Of a stretch of 64,000 nt of DNA, positions 30,462 to 40,223 are shown piece after piece. A program made the translations under genes and the position numbers. Source of the DNA: a virus; IMG/VR virus record IMGVR_UViG_3300023180_000036, positions 18,463 through 82,462 of that record; one strand, written 5' to 3'. The notes beneath the pieces were generated by a model, which saw only the letters and a list, made by a program, of their open reading frames with translations, had not been told where the DNA came from and searched no databases. Numbering within the stretch: position 1 is the stretch's first letter; each line of letters starts with the position of its first letter.

Positions 30462-30491
30462 ATTATATACTAGATTCGGGTAGCTGTAAAC
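30462..30491 (-). promoter_or_regulatory. leftward sigma70-type promoter with no downstream gene (antisense)
   Basis: Minus strand GTTTACA-17 nt-TATAAT. Confidence 0.7.
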
Positions 30492-30523
30492 AAAAAAATA
30501 TTGCAATTTTAAATAAATTAGTT

Positions 30524-30553
30524 GTTTACAGCCATCTTGTATTAGTTTATAAT
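30524..30553 (+). promoter_or_regulatory. sigma70-type promoter of gp55
   Basis: GTTTACA-17 nt-TATAAT. Confidence 0.8.
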
Positions 30554-30576
30554 ATATAGGTAAAAGGTTTATATTT

Positions 30577-31173
30577 ATGGTAAAGAAAACAAAAAACGTA
30601 CACTATATTAATAATTCAGAATTTTCTCTGGCTATTGTTGATTATGTTAAAAAAGTTACTGTGGCAAAGGAAAGCAATGAAACTTTGCCTGTTGTCCCAG
30701 ATTATATAGCTAAAAGCTTTTTACAAATTGCTGAAAATTTATCCCATAAATCCAATTTTATTAGATATACATATCGTGAAGAAATGGTAATGGATGCAGT
30801 TGAAAACTGTTTAAAAGCAATAGAAAATTATGATATAAATGCAACAACAAGATCAGGTAAACCAAATGCTTTTGCTTATTTCACTCAAATTATATGGTAT
30901 GCTTTTTTACGAAGAATTACAAAAGAAAAGAAACAACAAGATATTAAAGAAAAATATTTAGCACAATCAGGAATTGATGCTTTCCTAGTAACAGAACTTG
31001 GTACAACAGACCCATCATCTCAAGTGGCTAATCACTTTATAGATACATTAAAAGATAGAATTGATAAAGTAAAAGCTTATGATACAGAAATTAAAACCTT
31101 TTCAAAGAAAATAAAAAATAAAAAGAAAAGAGCAATTAATGTAGACTCTGATTTATCGGATTTTTTGGAATAA
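30577..31173 (+). CDS. gp55: late-transcription sigma factor
   Basis: HYINN, NFIRYTYREEM, NAFAYFTQIIWYAFLRRI. Confidence 0.93.
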   Translation: MVKKTKNVHYINNSEFSLAIVDYVKKVTVAKESNETLPVVPDYIAKSFLQIAENLSHKSNFIRYTYREEMVMDAVENCLKAIENYDINATTRSGKPNAFAYFTQIIWYAFLRRITKEKKQQDIKEKYLAQSGIDAFLVTELGTTDPSSQVANHFIDTLKDRIDKVKAYDTEIKTFSKKIKNKKKRAINVDSDLSDFLE

Positions 31174-31180
31174 TATATAA

Positions 31181-32242
31181 ATGAAAATAGCAGTATTAAA
31201 TGATACTCATTGCGGTATCAGGAATAGTTCTGATGTGTTTTTAAATAATGCAGCAGATTTTTATGAAAACATCTTTTTCCCATATTGTAAAGAAAATGAT
31301 ATTAAGCAAATTATTCATCTTGGTGATTATTATGATCATCGTAAATTTGTTAATTTTAGGGCGTTAAATCATAATAGGAAACATTTTTTATCACATCTAC
31401 GTGATTATGGTATGACTATGGATATTATACCTGGTAATCATGATACCTATTATAAAAATACAAACGATTTAAATAGCCTAAAAGAACTACTCGGCCATTT
31501 TATGAACGAAATTAATATTATTATGGACCCACGTGTTCTTGAATACGGCTCACTTAAAATTGCAATGTTACCCTGGATTACCCAAGAGAATTATGATAAA
31601 TCTATGGAATTTATTAAAAACTGTAAAGCTGATTGGCTGGGCGGGCATCTTGAATTAACAGGATTTGATCTTATGAGAGGAGTTGTAAATAAACATGGTA
31701 TGGATCACTCTGTTTTTTCAAGATTTGAAAAAGTTTTATCTGGTCATTTCCATACTAAATCACATAAAGATAATGTAATTTATTTAGGAACACAAATGGA
31801 ATTTTTCTGGTCAGATGCTCATGATCCTAAATATTTTCATGTAATAGATACCGAAACAAGAGAAATGGAAGCTATTAGAAATCCATATACTTTATTTGAA
31901 AAAATAATATATGATGATTCAAAAAGGAATTATTCAGAATATAATGTAGATCATTTAGATTATAAATTTGTAAAAATAGTTGTAATTAATAAATCTGACC
32001 TCTTTACATTTGACCGTTTTATTGATAGAATACAAAATAGAAAGATTCATGAATTAAAAATTGCAGAAAACTTTAATGAGTTTATCGGAGAAAATGTTGA
32101 AGATGAAAATATCTCTTTAGAGGACACCGAAATGCTATTAGATAGTTATGTTGATGCAGTTGAAACTGATCTTGATAAAGATAAAATAAAAGTAAATATG
32201 AGAAAACTTTTAACAGAAGCACAGTCTATGGAAATAGTTTAA
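31181..32242 (+). CDS. gp47: recombination endonuclease subunit (Mre11/SbcD-like)
   Basis: DTH, HLGD, GNHD, SGHFH metallophosphoesterase motifs. Confidence 0.93.
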   Translation: MKIAVLNDTHCGIRNSSDVFLNNAADFYENIFFPYCKENDIKQIIHLGDYYDHRKFVNFRALNHNRKHFLSHLRDYGMTMDIIPGNHDTYYKNTNDLNSLKELLGHFMNEINIIMDPRVLEYGSLKIAMLPWITQENYDKSMEFIKNCKADWLGGHLELTGFDLMRGVVNKHGMDHSVFSRFEKVLSGHFHTKSHKDNVIYLGTQMEFFWSDAHDPKYFHVIDTETREMEAIRNPYTLFEKIIYDDSKRNYSEYNVDHLDYKFVKIVVINKSDLFTFDRFIDRIQNRKIHELKIAENFNEFIGENVEDENISLEDTEMLLDSYVDAVETDLDKDKIKVNMRKLLTEAQSMEIV

Positions 32243-32355
32243 TGCCAAAACGTGAAAAGATAAGCTGTTTATCAAAGAAATGGGAAAAAGCTTTTAAGAA
32301 AGCTGCCAAGAAAAAAGATAGACAAAAATCTAAAAAAGAAATAAGGCAGAGATAA
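32242..32355 (+). CDS. 37-aa highly basic peptide (not in ORF track)
   Basis: MPKREKISCLSKKWEKAFKKAAKKKDRQKSKKEIRQR; TAATG overlaps with both gp47 and gp46. Confidence 0.65.
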   Translation: MPKREKISCLSKKWEKAFKKAAKKKDRQKSKKEIRQR

Positions 32356-34073
32356 TGATTATTTTTAAATCTATTCGATATAAAAACTTTTTATCGACAG
32401 GTAATAATTGGACAAATATTAGTCTTAATAAATCAAAATCCACTCTTATAGTAGGGCAGAATGGTGCCGGAAAGTCAACAATTCTTGATGCTCTTTCTTT
32501 TGCTTTGTTTGGCAAGCCTCATCGTAATATTAATAAACCACAATTGGTTAATACAATTAATAATAAAGATAGTATTGTAGAAGTAGAATTTATTATAGGA
32601 AAGTCTATTTTTAAAGTTGTTCGTGGTATTAAACCGCAAATATTTGAAATATGGAAAAATGGTGAGATGATTAATCAATCTTCTCATGCCAAGGAGTACC
32701 AGAAGATCCTTGAACAAAACATTATTAAGCTTAATCATAAAAGCTTTCATCAAATTGTTGTGCTTGGTTCCTCTTCCTTTATTCCTTTCATGCAACTCCC
32801 TGCACAACATAGGAGAGATGTAATTGAGGATCTTCTGGACATTAATGTTTTTTCAAAGATGAACATTCTCATAAAAGAAAAAAATAGTATTTTAAAAGAA
32901 AAGTTAAAAGATAATTCATATCAATTAGATATATTAAATAACAAACTAGAATCTCAGAGAAAATATATCAGAGATATAACTCAAATAAATGAGGATGAGA
33001 TTAATGATAAAAAAGAAAAAATATCCGAAGTACAAAAGAACATCGAAGGATTACACCATTCAAATGCCGAATTTTCGAGTTTTATTCAAGACTCTGCCGA
33101 AAACACAAGAGATGCACTTAAAGAAGCCAATGATGAGAAACAGTCCATTCTGCACGATAAGGCTACTGCGACATCAACCATTAAGTCAATTGTTAAAGAA
33201 TCGAAATTTTATGAAAAGAATGATAACTGCCCGACGTGTTCGCAAGTCATAGATCCAGAACTTAAATCAAAAAAGATTGAAGAGTGTAAACATAATGCAC
33301 TTGATATCAAAAAACAGATGGATTTACTTGAAGAAAAAAATAAAGAATTAACAGAAAGATTGGAATATTGGAATATACAAACAGAAAAAATTCGTGATTT
33401 TCAATCTAAGATAAATGGTAATAATCAAACCATAGAATCTTTACTTTCTCAAATACAAAGTTTAAATAAGGATATTGAAAGATTAAGTTCCAGAGAAGGC
33501 GATATAGGTGAAGCCAACGAAGAACTTAATAATATGATTGAAGAAAGAAATAATTTAATGGAATTTAAATTAGAACTTAATGAAGAATATTCTTATAATA
33601 ATGTTATGGCAGAAATGCTTAAAGATACGGGTATTAAAACTAAAGTCATTAAACAATACATACCTGTTATCAATAAACTCGTGAATCAATATCTTCAAGT
33701 TCTTGATTTCTTTGTTCATTTTAATTTAGATGAAAGTTTCCAAGAAACTATTAGATCCCGTCATAGAGATGCTTTTTCATATGATTCTTTTTCTGAAGGA
33801 GAAAAACAAAGAATAGATCTTGCATTATTATTTACTTGGCGCATGATAGCCAAAATGAAAAATTCTGTAGCCACTAATTTACTTATATTAGATGAAACTT
33901 TTGATTCATCTTTAGATCATGATGGTGTAGATAATCTTATGAAAATCCTACATACTCTTGATGATGATACAAATGTTTTTGTTATATCTCATAAAGGAGA
34001 AATACTTGATGGAAAATTTGAAGAAAAGCTGGAGTTTAGAAAAGAGAAAAACTTCAGTAAGATGGTGGCATAA
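32355..34073 (+). CDS. gp46: recombination ATPase subunit (Rad50/SbcC-like)
   Basis: GQNGAGKS, CPTC hook, FSEGEK signature, LILDE. Confidence 0.95.
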   Translation: MIIFKSIRYKNFLSTGNNWTNISLNKSKSTLIVGQNGAGKSTILDALSFALFGKPHRNINKPQLVNTINNKDSIVEVEFIIGKSIFKVVRGIKPQIFEIWKNGEMINQSSHAKEYQKILEQNIIKLNHKSFHQIVVLGSSSFIPFMQLPAQHRRDVIEDLLDINVFSKMNILIKEKNSILKEKLKDNSYQLDILNNKLESQRKYIRDITQINEDEINDKKEKISEVQKNIEGLHHSNAEFSSFIQDSAENTRDALKEANDEKQSILHDKATATSTIKSIVKESKFYEKNDNCPTCSQVIDPELKSKKIEECKHNALDIKKQMDLLEEKNKELTERLEYWNIQTEKIRDFQSKINGNNQTIESLLSQIQSLNKDIERLSSREGDIGEANEELNNMIEERNNLMEFKLELNEEYSYNNVMAEMLKDTGIKTKVIKQYIPVINKLVNQYLQVLDFFVHFNLDESFQETIRSRHRDAFSYDSFSEGEKQRIDLALLFTWRMIAKMKNSVATNLLILDETFDSSLDHDGVDNLMKILHTLDDDTNVFVISHKGEILDGKFEEKLEFRKEKNFSKMVA

Positions 34074-35272
34074 TGCCAAATATTGAAATAACAACCAAAC
34101 CTACAGGTAGAAGCCCAGAAAATAAATATTTTTTAGGAGAAAAAACAAAACATCTTGATTTAACTAGACCCAAATATAATAAAATTGGAAATTTAGAAGA
34201 TTATGAAGTAATGCGTATGAGAATGGATCTTATGGACTATTCTCACAATCTTGTATTTTATACTGCCGGTTTATGTTTTCGTGTAGAAACTAATGATGAT
34301 AGACACGCACAGTTTGTTCGTAATATGTTTCCAGTAGTAGATAATCCTTTACAATACACTGCCGATTGGACAATTATTCATAATACGGAAATGGTAGTTG
34401 ATAAACCATATATCTATGTTAATTTAGATGAACATGTTATGTTAATTTGTGGTACTACATTTTTAGGAGAAATTAAAAAAGGTATCTTTGGTATTATTAG
34501 TTTTGAATTACCAGAAAAAGATATTCTACCTATGCATTGTAGTGCATTTACATATAATGATACAACTAATCTTATGTTTGGATTAAGTGGTACTGGTAAA
34601 ACCACATTAAGTAGTGATCCAGAATATAAACTAATTAGTGATGATGAAGTTTACTGGGATGATACTGGCATTCATATGGTAGAAACGGGCTGCTATGCTA
34701 AAAGTGAAGGTCTGACTCCAGAAACTCATCATACTATTTTTTATGCTGTTGAAGATGCTAGAAAAAAAGAATGTTTAGTAATAGAAAATCCTGGTGTATC
34801 AAATGCTAGATTAAGTTATCCTATAACTTCTGTTGAAAATGCATATTATAGTAATGAAGATTTTGGTCACCCAGATAATATATTTTTCTTAACTATGGAT
34901 GCAACTGGTACCTTTCCACCAGTATCTAAGATTGATGATAAGGCAGTAAAGCGTTTCTTTGAAACGGGTTATACCAGTCAAATGCCAGGTACTGAAGCAG
35001 GATCTGAAGAAATAAAACCATTATTTAGCCCATGCTATGGATCACCATTTATGCCGAGAGCAGTAAAAGAGTATAGTGATTTATTAATGAAAAAGGTTCG
35101 GAAACACGAATGTAATGTTTATTTAATCAACACTGGTATGGATACTAATGGTAATAGATATGCTTTAGATTTTACTCGTAAAACAGTAAAGACTGCAATA
35201 GATATAGGTTATAGTATTAATAATGATATACCTAATATGTTAGAAAAATTAATTGATAGATATGGAAAATAA
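34073..35272 (+). CDS. pckA: phosphoenolpyruvate carboxykinase (ATP), minimised
   Basis: TGRSP, GEIKK, MHCSA, GLSGTGKTTLS, DDE, GCYAK, NARLSYP, FSPCYG, YLINTG. Confidence 0.88.
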   Translation: MPNIEITTKPTGRSPENKYFLGEKTKHLDLTRPKYNKIGNLEDYEVMRMRMDLMDYSHNLVFYTAGLCFRVETNDDRHAQFVRNMFPVVDNPLQYTADWTIIHNTEMVVDKPYIYVNLDEHVMLICGTTFLGEIKKGIFGIISFELPEKDILPMHCSAFTYNDTTNLMFGLSGTGKTTLSSDPEYKLISDDEVYWDDTGIHMVETGCYAKSEGLTPETHHTIFYAVEDARKKECLVIENPGVSNARLSYPITSVENAYYSNEDFGHPDNIFFLTMDATGTFPPVSKIDDKAVKRFFETGYTSQMPGTEAGSEEIKPLFSPCYGSPFMPRAVKEYSDLLMKKVRKHECNVYLINTGMDTNGNRYALDFTRKTVKTAIDIGYSINNDIPNMLEKLIDRYGK

Positions 35273-35274
35273 TT

Positions 35275-35304
35275 GTTTACTATATTAGAAAAATATGATA
35301 TAAT
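35275..35304 (+). promoter_or_regulatory. sigma70-type promoter of gp45
   Basis: GTTTACT...TGATATAAT. Confidence 0.7.
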
Positions 35305-35337
35305 TAGCTATGTTTTATGAAATGGAGAAAAATTATA

Positions 35338-36012
35338 ATGGAACTTAGTGAATCAACACTTTCGGTGTTAAAGAATTATGCTTCAATAAATTCAAATTTA
35401 GTTATTAATGAAGGCAATACACTTCAAACTATCTCTGAAGCAAAAAATATTCTTTCTAAGGCTGAAATTAAGGAAACCTTTCCAAGAACATTTGGTATTT
35501 ATGATCTAAATGAATTTTTGGGTGTCCTTGGTTTGGTAGATTCGCCACGGCTTAATTTTGAACAAGATTATGTTATTATTGGAGATTCTACTGGAAGATC
35601 AAAGATAAAATATTTTTATTCTGATACTGAAATATTAACTTCTCCTTCAAAAGAAGTAAAAATGCCAGATACAGATATAAGGTTTACTCTTGACGGAGAT
35701 ACTTTAAATAAAGTAAAAAGAGCAGCATCTGCTCTTGGTCATGGTGAATTACATGTGAGACCTAGTGGATCAAGTGTAAGTTTAGTTGTTACATCAGGTG
35801 AAAATGCTACTGCAAATAGTTTTTCTATTGATGTGGAAGGTAGTTCTAACACTGATAAATACAATTTTATTTTTAATATTTCTAATTTAAAAATTGATCA
35901 AGGAGATTATGAAGTAGAAATTTCTTCAAAACTAATTTCTAAATTTACTAAAAGTACTGGTGATCTTATGTACTGGATTGCCCTTGAAAAGACATCAACA
36001 TACGGAGAATAA
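35338..36012 (+). CDS. gp45: sliding clamp
   Basis: MELSESTLSVLKNYASIN, FGIYDLNEFL, YWIALE. Confidence 0.92.
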   Translation: MELSESTLSVLKNYASINSNLVINEGNTLQTISEAKNILSKAEIKETFPRTFGIYDLNEFLGVLGLVDSPRLNFEQDYVIIGDSTGRSKIKYFYSDTEILTSPSKEVKMPDTDIRFTLDGDTLNKVKRAASALGHGELHVRPSGSSVSLVVTSGENATANSFSIDVEGSSNTDKYNFIFNISNLKIDQGDYEVEISSKLISKFTKSTGDLMYWIALEKTSTYGE

Positions 36013-36015
36013 TAA

Positions 36016-36216
36016 ATGTCTGATAAAGAAGATCAAAAACGAGCAATGGAACTTTTGAATCAAATTGCCCGTAGTTCAATTGCTATTATTGATACTATTA
36101 CACAACGTGGCGGTTTTCGTGGAGAAGAATTGTCTACTATTGGTAACCTACGTGACCAGTGTACACAAGGTGTGCAAGTTGTAGAAAATTGGAAACAAGA
36201 ACAAGCCGAAGATTAA
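36016..36216 (+). CDS. hypothetical protein
   Basis: IIDTITQRGGFRGEELSTIG; GGAG RBS. Confidence 0.7.
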   Translation: MSDKEDQKRAMELLNQIARSSIAIIDTITQRGGFRGEELSTIGNLRDQCTQGVQVVENWKQEQAED

Positions 36217-36238
36217 TATTTAAGGATATTATTATATT

Positions 36239-37177
36239 ATGAACAGTGATTTTTTGTGGGTAGAAAAATATCGCCCAGCAACTATTGAAGATACTATCCT
36301 AACACCTAATCTAAAAACTATTTTTCAAAATATTATCAAGTCCGGTGAATTGCCTAATATGCTTTTTTCTGGGACTGCCGGTCTTGGTAAAACAACTGTA
36401 GCTAAAGCATTATGTAATGAATTAGAACTTGATTACATTTTAGTTAACGGTTCAGAAGAAGGCAATATTGATACTCTTAGAACTAAGATAAAACAATTTG
36501 CTTCTTCTGTTTCCCTGCAAGGCGGGTATAAAGTAGTCATTCTCGATGAGGCTGATTATTTGAACCCCCAGAGCACCCAACCTGCTTTGCGGGGATTCAT
36601 AGAAGAATTTTCAAATAATTGTAGATTTATTCTTACTTGTAATTTTAAGAATAGAATTATTGAACCACTTCATTCGAGATGTTCTGTTTATGAGTTTAAT
36701 ACATCTAAAAAAGATATGGCCCCTTTGGCTGCTCAAATGCTATCTCGACTTCAAACCATTTTAAAGAAAGAAAATGTAGAATTTGAAAATAAAATTTTAG
36801 CTGAGCTCATTATGAAATATGGTCCAGATTGGAGACGTATTCTAAATGAAGTCCAAAGATATTCCATTGGTGGAAAAATTGATTCTGGTATTCTTATCAA
36901 TATTGGCGATCAATCTTATAAGAGTCTTATGGATTTTCTTAAGAATAAAGACTTTAAGAAAATGCGATCATGGGTTGTAAATAATATTGATACAGATGCA
37001 TCATCAATCTTCCGTGGTATATATGATAGAATGACAGATCATATAAAGCCACAATCTATACCAGCACTTGTTCTTATCTTAGCTGATTATCAATATAAAA
37101 ATGCTTTTGTTGCAGATCACGAATTAAACGTAGTAGCCTGTATGACTGAAATAATGGCTAACGTGGAGTTTACATAG
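36239..37177 (+). CDS. gp44: clamp loader large subunit
   Basis: [25 protein letters not shown]. Confidence 0.95.
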   Translation: MNSDFLWVEKYRPATIEDTILTPNLKTIFQNIIKSGELPNMLFSGTAGLGKTTVAKALCNELELDYILVNGSEEGNIDTLRTKIKQFASSVSLQGGYKVVILDEADYLNPQSTQPALRGFIEEFSNNCRFILTCNFKNRIIEPLHSRCSVYEFNTSKKDMAPLAAQMLSRLQTILKKENVEFENKILAELIMKYGPDWRRILNEVQRYSIGGKIDSGILINIGDQSYKSLMDFLKNKDFKKMRSWVVNNIDTDASSIFRGIYDRMTDHIKPQSIPALVLILADYQYKNAFVADHELNVVACMTEIMANVEFT

Positions 37178-37178
37178 A

Positions 37179-38327
37179 ATGATTTTGGATAATGAATTAA
37201 AACTTGATTATAGTGATGTTTTAATTAGACCTAAAAGAAGCACACTCGGATCACGTAAAGAAGTAGATTTAAATAGAAAGTTTACTTTTGCTAATTTGGG
37301 TGGGGCTAGAGAAAGTTCATATGATTATGATGGTGTTCCTATCATGGCAGCTAATATGGACGGTGTTGGTACTATGGAAATGGCTGATGAATTAAGTGAG
37401 CATTATAATATGTTTACTTGTCTTGTTAAGACATATAGCGCCGAAGAACTTATAGATTTTTTTAATCCAAGAGTTGACTTACGAACAGAATTTGTTGCCA
37501 TGAGTATTGGCATTACAAAAGCTGACAAAGAAAAGCTTGCTCAAGTTTATAACAAAACTCAAAGAAATCTGAAATATCTTTGTGTGGATGTGGCAAACGG
37601 ATATAGTGAGCGTTTTGTGCAGTTTATTAAGTTTCTTAGAGAACATTATCCTTTTCTTGTAATTATTGCAGGTAATGTAGTTACTGCAGATCAAACACAG
37701 GAGTTAATCTTAAATGGCGCTGATATTGTTAAAGTTGGTATTGGTCCTGGTAGCGTATGCACTACTAGGATACAGACTGGAGTGGGATATCCGCAACTTA
37801 GTGCGGTTATCGAATGTGCAGACGCAGCACATGGATTGGGTGGCCATATCATTGCTGATGGTGGTTGTACTTGTCCTGGTGATGTTGCTAAAGCCTTTGC
37901 TGCTGGTGCCGACTTTGTAATGCTAGGCGGTATGCTTGCAGGACACGATGAAGGCGGCGGTGAAATAATTACTAAGTACTATCAAAGCAACGAACTAAGA
38001 CCAGAACGTGATGATGGAATGAATGGAGAAATTCCTGAAAAAAATTGGTTTGAAGAAGTTATTAAAGAAAAGAAATTTGTTCAATTTTATGGTATGAGTA
38101 GTAAAGCTGCAAATGATAAACATTTTGGTGGTTTAAAGGAATATCGATCATCTGAAGGAAGAGAAGTTTTAATTCCATATCGTGGATCAGTTAAAAACAC
38201 CACTCAAGATATATTGGGTGGTATTCGATCTACATGTACATATGTAGGAGCAAGAAAATTAAAACAGCTAAGTAAGTGTACTACCTTTGTAAGATGTACA
38301 AATCAATTTAATAAAGTGTATGCTTAG
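37179..38327 (+). CDS. guaC: GMP reductase
   Basis: [49 protein letters not shown]. Confidence 0.92.
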   Translation: MILDNELKLDYSDVLIRPKRSTLGSRKEVDLNRKFTFANLGGARESSYDYDGVPIMAANMDGVGTMEMADELSEHYNMFTCLVKTYSAEELIDFFNPRVDLRTEFVAMSIGITKADKEKLAQVYNKTQRNLKYLCVDVANGYSERFVQFIKFLREHYPFLVIIAGNVVTADQTQELILNGADIVKVGIGPGSVCTTRIQTGVGYPQLSAVIECADAAHGLGGHIIADGGCTCPGDVAKAFAAGADFVMLGGMLAGHDEGGGEIITKYYQSNELRPERDDGMNGEIPEKNWFEEVIKEKKFVQFYGMSSKAANDKHFGGLKEYRSSEGREVLIPYRGSVKNTTQDILGGIRSTCTYVGARKLKQLSKCTTFVRCTNQFNKVYA

Positions 38328-38359
38328 TATTTACTTTTCTTTAAATATAGGTTATAATA

Positions 38360-38575
38360 ATGAGTGAGTTTACATCATCATATCAATCTCTTAAAGGCAG
38401 TTTACTCAGAACTTTAGTTTATACTATTGGGCATTTTTTTATTGCAATAACCTGTCTTATGCTTATATCAGATGTACCTCTTTGGATAGCAGCTACAGAC
38501 GCTGTAGTAGAACCTCTTGCAAATGCAGTATGGTTTTATTTTTTAGATAGATTGTGGATAGCAAAGAATGACTGA
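38360..38575 (+). CDS. small membrane protein (DUF2061-like)
   Basis: Two hydrophobic segments, ends WFYFLDRLW. Confidence 0.6.
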   Translation: MSEFTSSYQSLKGSLLRTLVYTIGHFFIAITCLMLISDVPLWIAATDAVVEPLANAVWFYFLDRLWIAKND

Positions 38576-38678
38576 AATTATTTTATATAACATATTATTC
38601 TGGGTACCATATTATTGGATTTGTGCCCTACCTCAACGTATATTTCAAAAACAAATAGATGAGACTATAAATGACTAA
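38568..38678 (+). CDS. 36-aa hydrophobic peptide (not in ORF track)
   Basis: MTEIILYNILFWVPYYWICALPQRIFQKQIDETIND; overlaps both neighbours. Confidence 0.45.
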   Translation: MTEIILYNILFWVPYYWICALPQRIFQKQIDETIND

Positions 38679-39258
38679 TTCTTTAATATTTGACTTTGAA
38701 ACATTATCTACAGATAGATATAATGGTGTAGTTGTTTCTTTAGCAATTCTTAAATTTTCAGAAGATAATTTTACAATTAATACTGGTTATACTTTTTCTG
38801 AATTAGTTAATTCTGCAAAACTTTTAAAGTTTGATGTTCAAGACCAAGTTAAAAACTATAATAGGGTAATAGATAAAAAAACTTTGGAATGGTGGAATGA
38901 ACAAGGAACTGAAGCAAAGAAACAGATAATTCCATCAGACAGAGATAAATCAATTAATGAACTTTATGACTTTTTTATATCAGTATCCGACAATAATACT
39001 GATAAAGTATATACAAGAGGTAATAATTTTGATCCTATTATATTTGAAAATATTATGGACCAATTACATAAACCACAACCATATAGATTTTGGCAATTAA
39101 GAGATACCAGATCAATTATAGAAGGTCTATCTTGGGGCAGCGGATTAAGAAATAATTTTATACCTGAGGGATGTGAAGATTTTATTCATCATAATCCTAT
39201 TCATGATATTGCTATAGATGTTATGAGAATACAAGCTTTAGTGAGGGCTATTTCGTGA
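38671..39258 (+). CDS. dexA: DEDDh 3'-5' exonuclease (DexA-like)
   Basis: IFDFETLS, RGNNFD, RDTRS, HNPIHD. Confidence 0.75.
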   Translation: MTNSLIFDFETLSTDRYNGVVVSLAILKFSEDNFTINTGYTFSELVNSAKLLKFDVQDQVKNYNRVIDKKTLEWWNEQGTEAKKQIIPSDRDKSINELYDFFISVSDNNTDKVYTRGNNFDPIIFENIMDQLHKPQPYRFWQLRDTRSIIEGLSWGSGLRNNFIPEGCEDFIHHNPIHDIAIDVMRIQALVRAIS

Positions 39259-39635
39259 ATCACTTTGATTATTTAAATAGTATTAATTATTCTAAAGAAA
39301 ATATAATGAAAGATAATTTGGATGAAAAAGCATATAATTCATTCATGGTTAATCGTGGATTATCTTATTTTAATGATACTGTTATATATGCCAATGAAAT
39401 GAATATGAATGCTCATATAGATTCAAAAATGCAATATGACTTCCTTAGAACTCTCATTAGAAAACGTAAAAGATTTTCTAAATGGACCAAAGAGGATAAA
39501 AACTTAGATGTTGACTTAATAAAAGAATATTACGGATATTCTAAAGAAAAAGCATATCAAGTGCTTCCTTTACTTACAAAAGAACAAATGGATTATATTA
39601 GTAAGAAGATGAGTAAAGGTGGCAAAAAACCGTAA
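39255..39635 (+). CDS. gp62: clamp loader small subunit
   Basis: FDYLNSIN, YNSFMVNRGLS, RKRFSKW, KEYYGYS. Confidence 0.9.
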   Translation: MNHFDYLNSINYSKENIMKDNLDEKAYNSFMVNRGLSYFNDTVIYANEMNMNAHIDSKMQYDFLRTLIRKRKRFSKWTKEDKNLDVDLIKEYYGYSKEKAYQVLPLLTKEQMDYISKKMSKGGKKP

Positions 39636-39646
39636 ATATAAGTTAT

Positions 39647-39654
39647 TATAAATA
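39647..39654 (+). promoter_or_regulatory. T4-type late promoter upstream of regA
   Basis: Intergenic TATAAATA. Confidence 0.65.
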
Positions 39655-39701
39655 GAAATATCATGATATAACTATAATAATAATTTACGTGAGTTGAAGA
39701 T

Positions 39702-40118
39702 ATGAATGAAGTCAATAATGAATTAGTGAAATGGACTCCAGAAACTATGCTGGAAGTTTCTCTAAATGAACCTGATGATTTTTTAAAGGTCAGAGAAACA
39801 CTCACCCGTATAGGGGTTGCATCTCGAAAAGAAAAAAAACTATTTCAGTCTTGTCATATATTACATAAACAAGGCAGATACTTTATAGTTCATTTTAAAG
39901 AACTATTTTTATTAGATGGTAAAAAATCTAATTTAGAAGAAGGCGATATTGCTAGAAGAAATACGATCGCTACTCTTATGTCAGACTGGGGCTTAGTAAC
40001 AATTCAAGAAGAAAGTAAAGCGCAGCCTTTATCCCCATTAAGACAAATTAAAATTATCCCATTTAAAGATAAACAAGAATGGGAGCTATGTCCAAAATAT
40101 AATATTGGAAGAAAATAG
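39702..40118 (+). CDS. regA: translational repressor RegA
   Basis: DDFLKVRETLTRIGVAS, QSCHILHKQGRYFIVHFKELF. Confidence 0.95.
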   Translation: MNEVNNELVKWTPETMLEVSLNEPDDFLKVRETLTRIGVASRKEKKLFQSCHILHKQGRYFIVHFKELFLLDGKKSNLEEGDIARRNTIATLMSDWGLVTIQEESKAQPLSPLRQIKIIPFKDKQEWELCPKYNIGRK

Positions 40119-40153
40119 AATATCAGCTATTCATTAAAGTAATAGCTTATTTT

Positions 40154-40161
40154 TATAAATA
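40154..40161 (+). promoter_or_regulatory. T4-type late promoter of hsp20
   Basis: TATAAATA 59 nt before the hsp20 ATG, after an AGCTATT/AATAGCT hairpin. Confidence 0.75.
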
Positions 40162-40223
40162 ATAGTGGATGCCAGAAATGGGTCCACTATTAATTCTTGC
40201 TTGACAAAAAGGAGAAAACAATG
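40161..40223 (+). promoter_or_regulatory. ROSE-like RNA thermometer in hsp20 5' UTR
   Basis: 5' hairpin with GAAA loop, then UUCUUGCUU pairing with AAGGAGAA (SD) with a bulged G: the U(U/C)GCU anti-SD motif of ROSE elements. Confidence 0.7.

Noticed and set aside
40197-40220. Upstream TTG start for hsp20 given in the ORF track
   Set aside because: The AGGAG SD precedes ATG 40221; the TTG is part of the anti-SD hairpin
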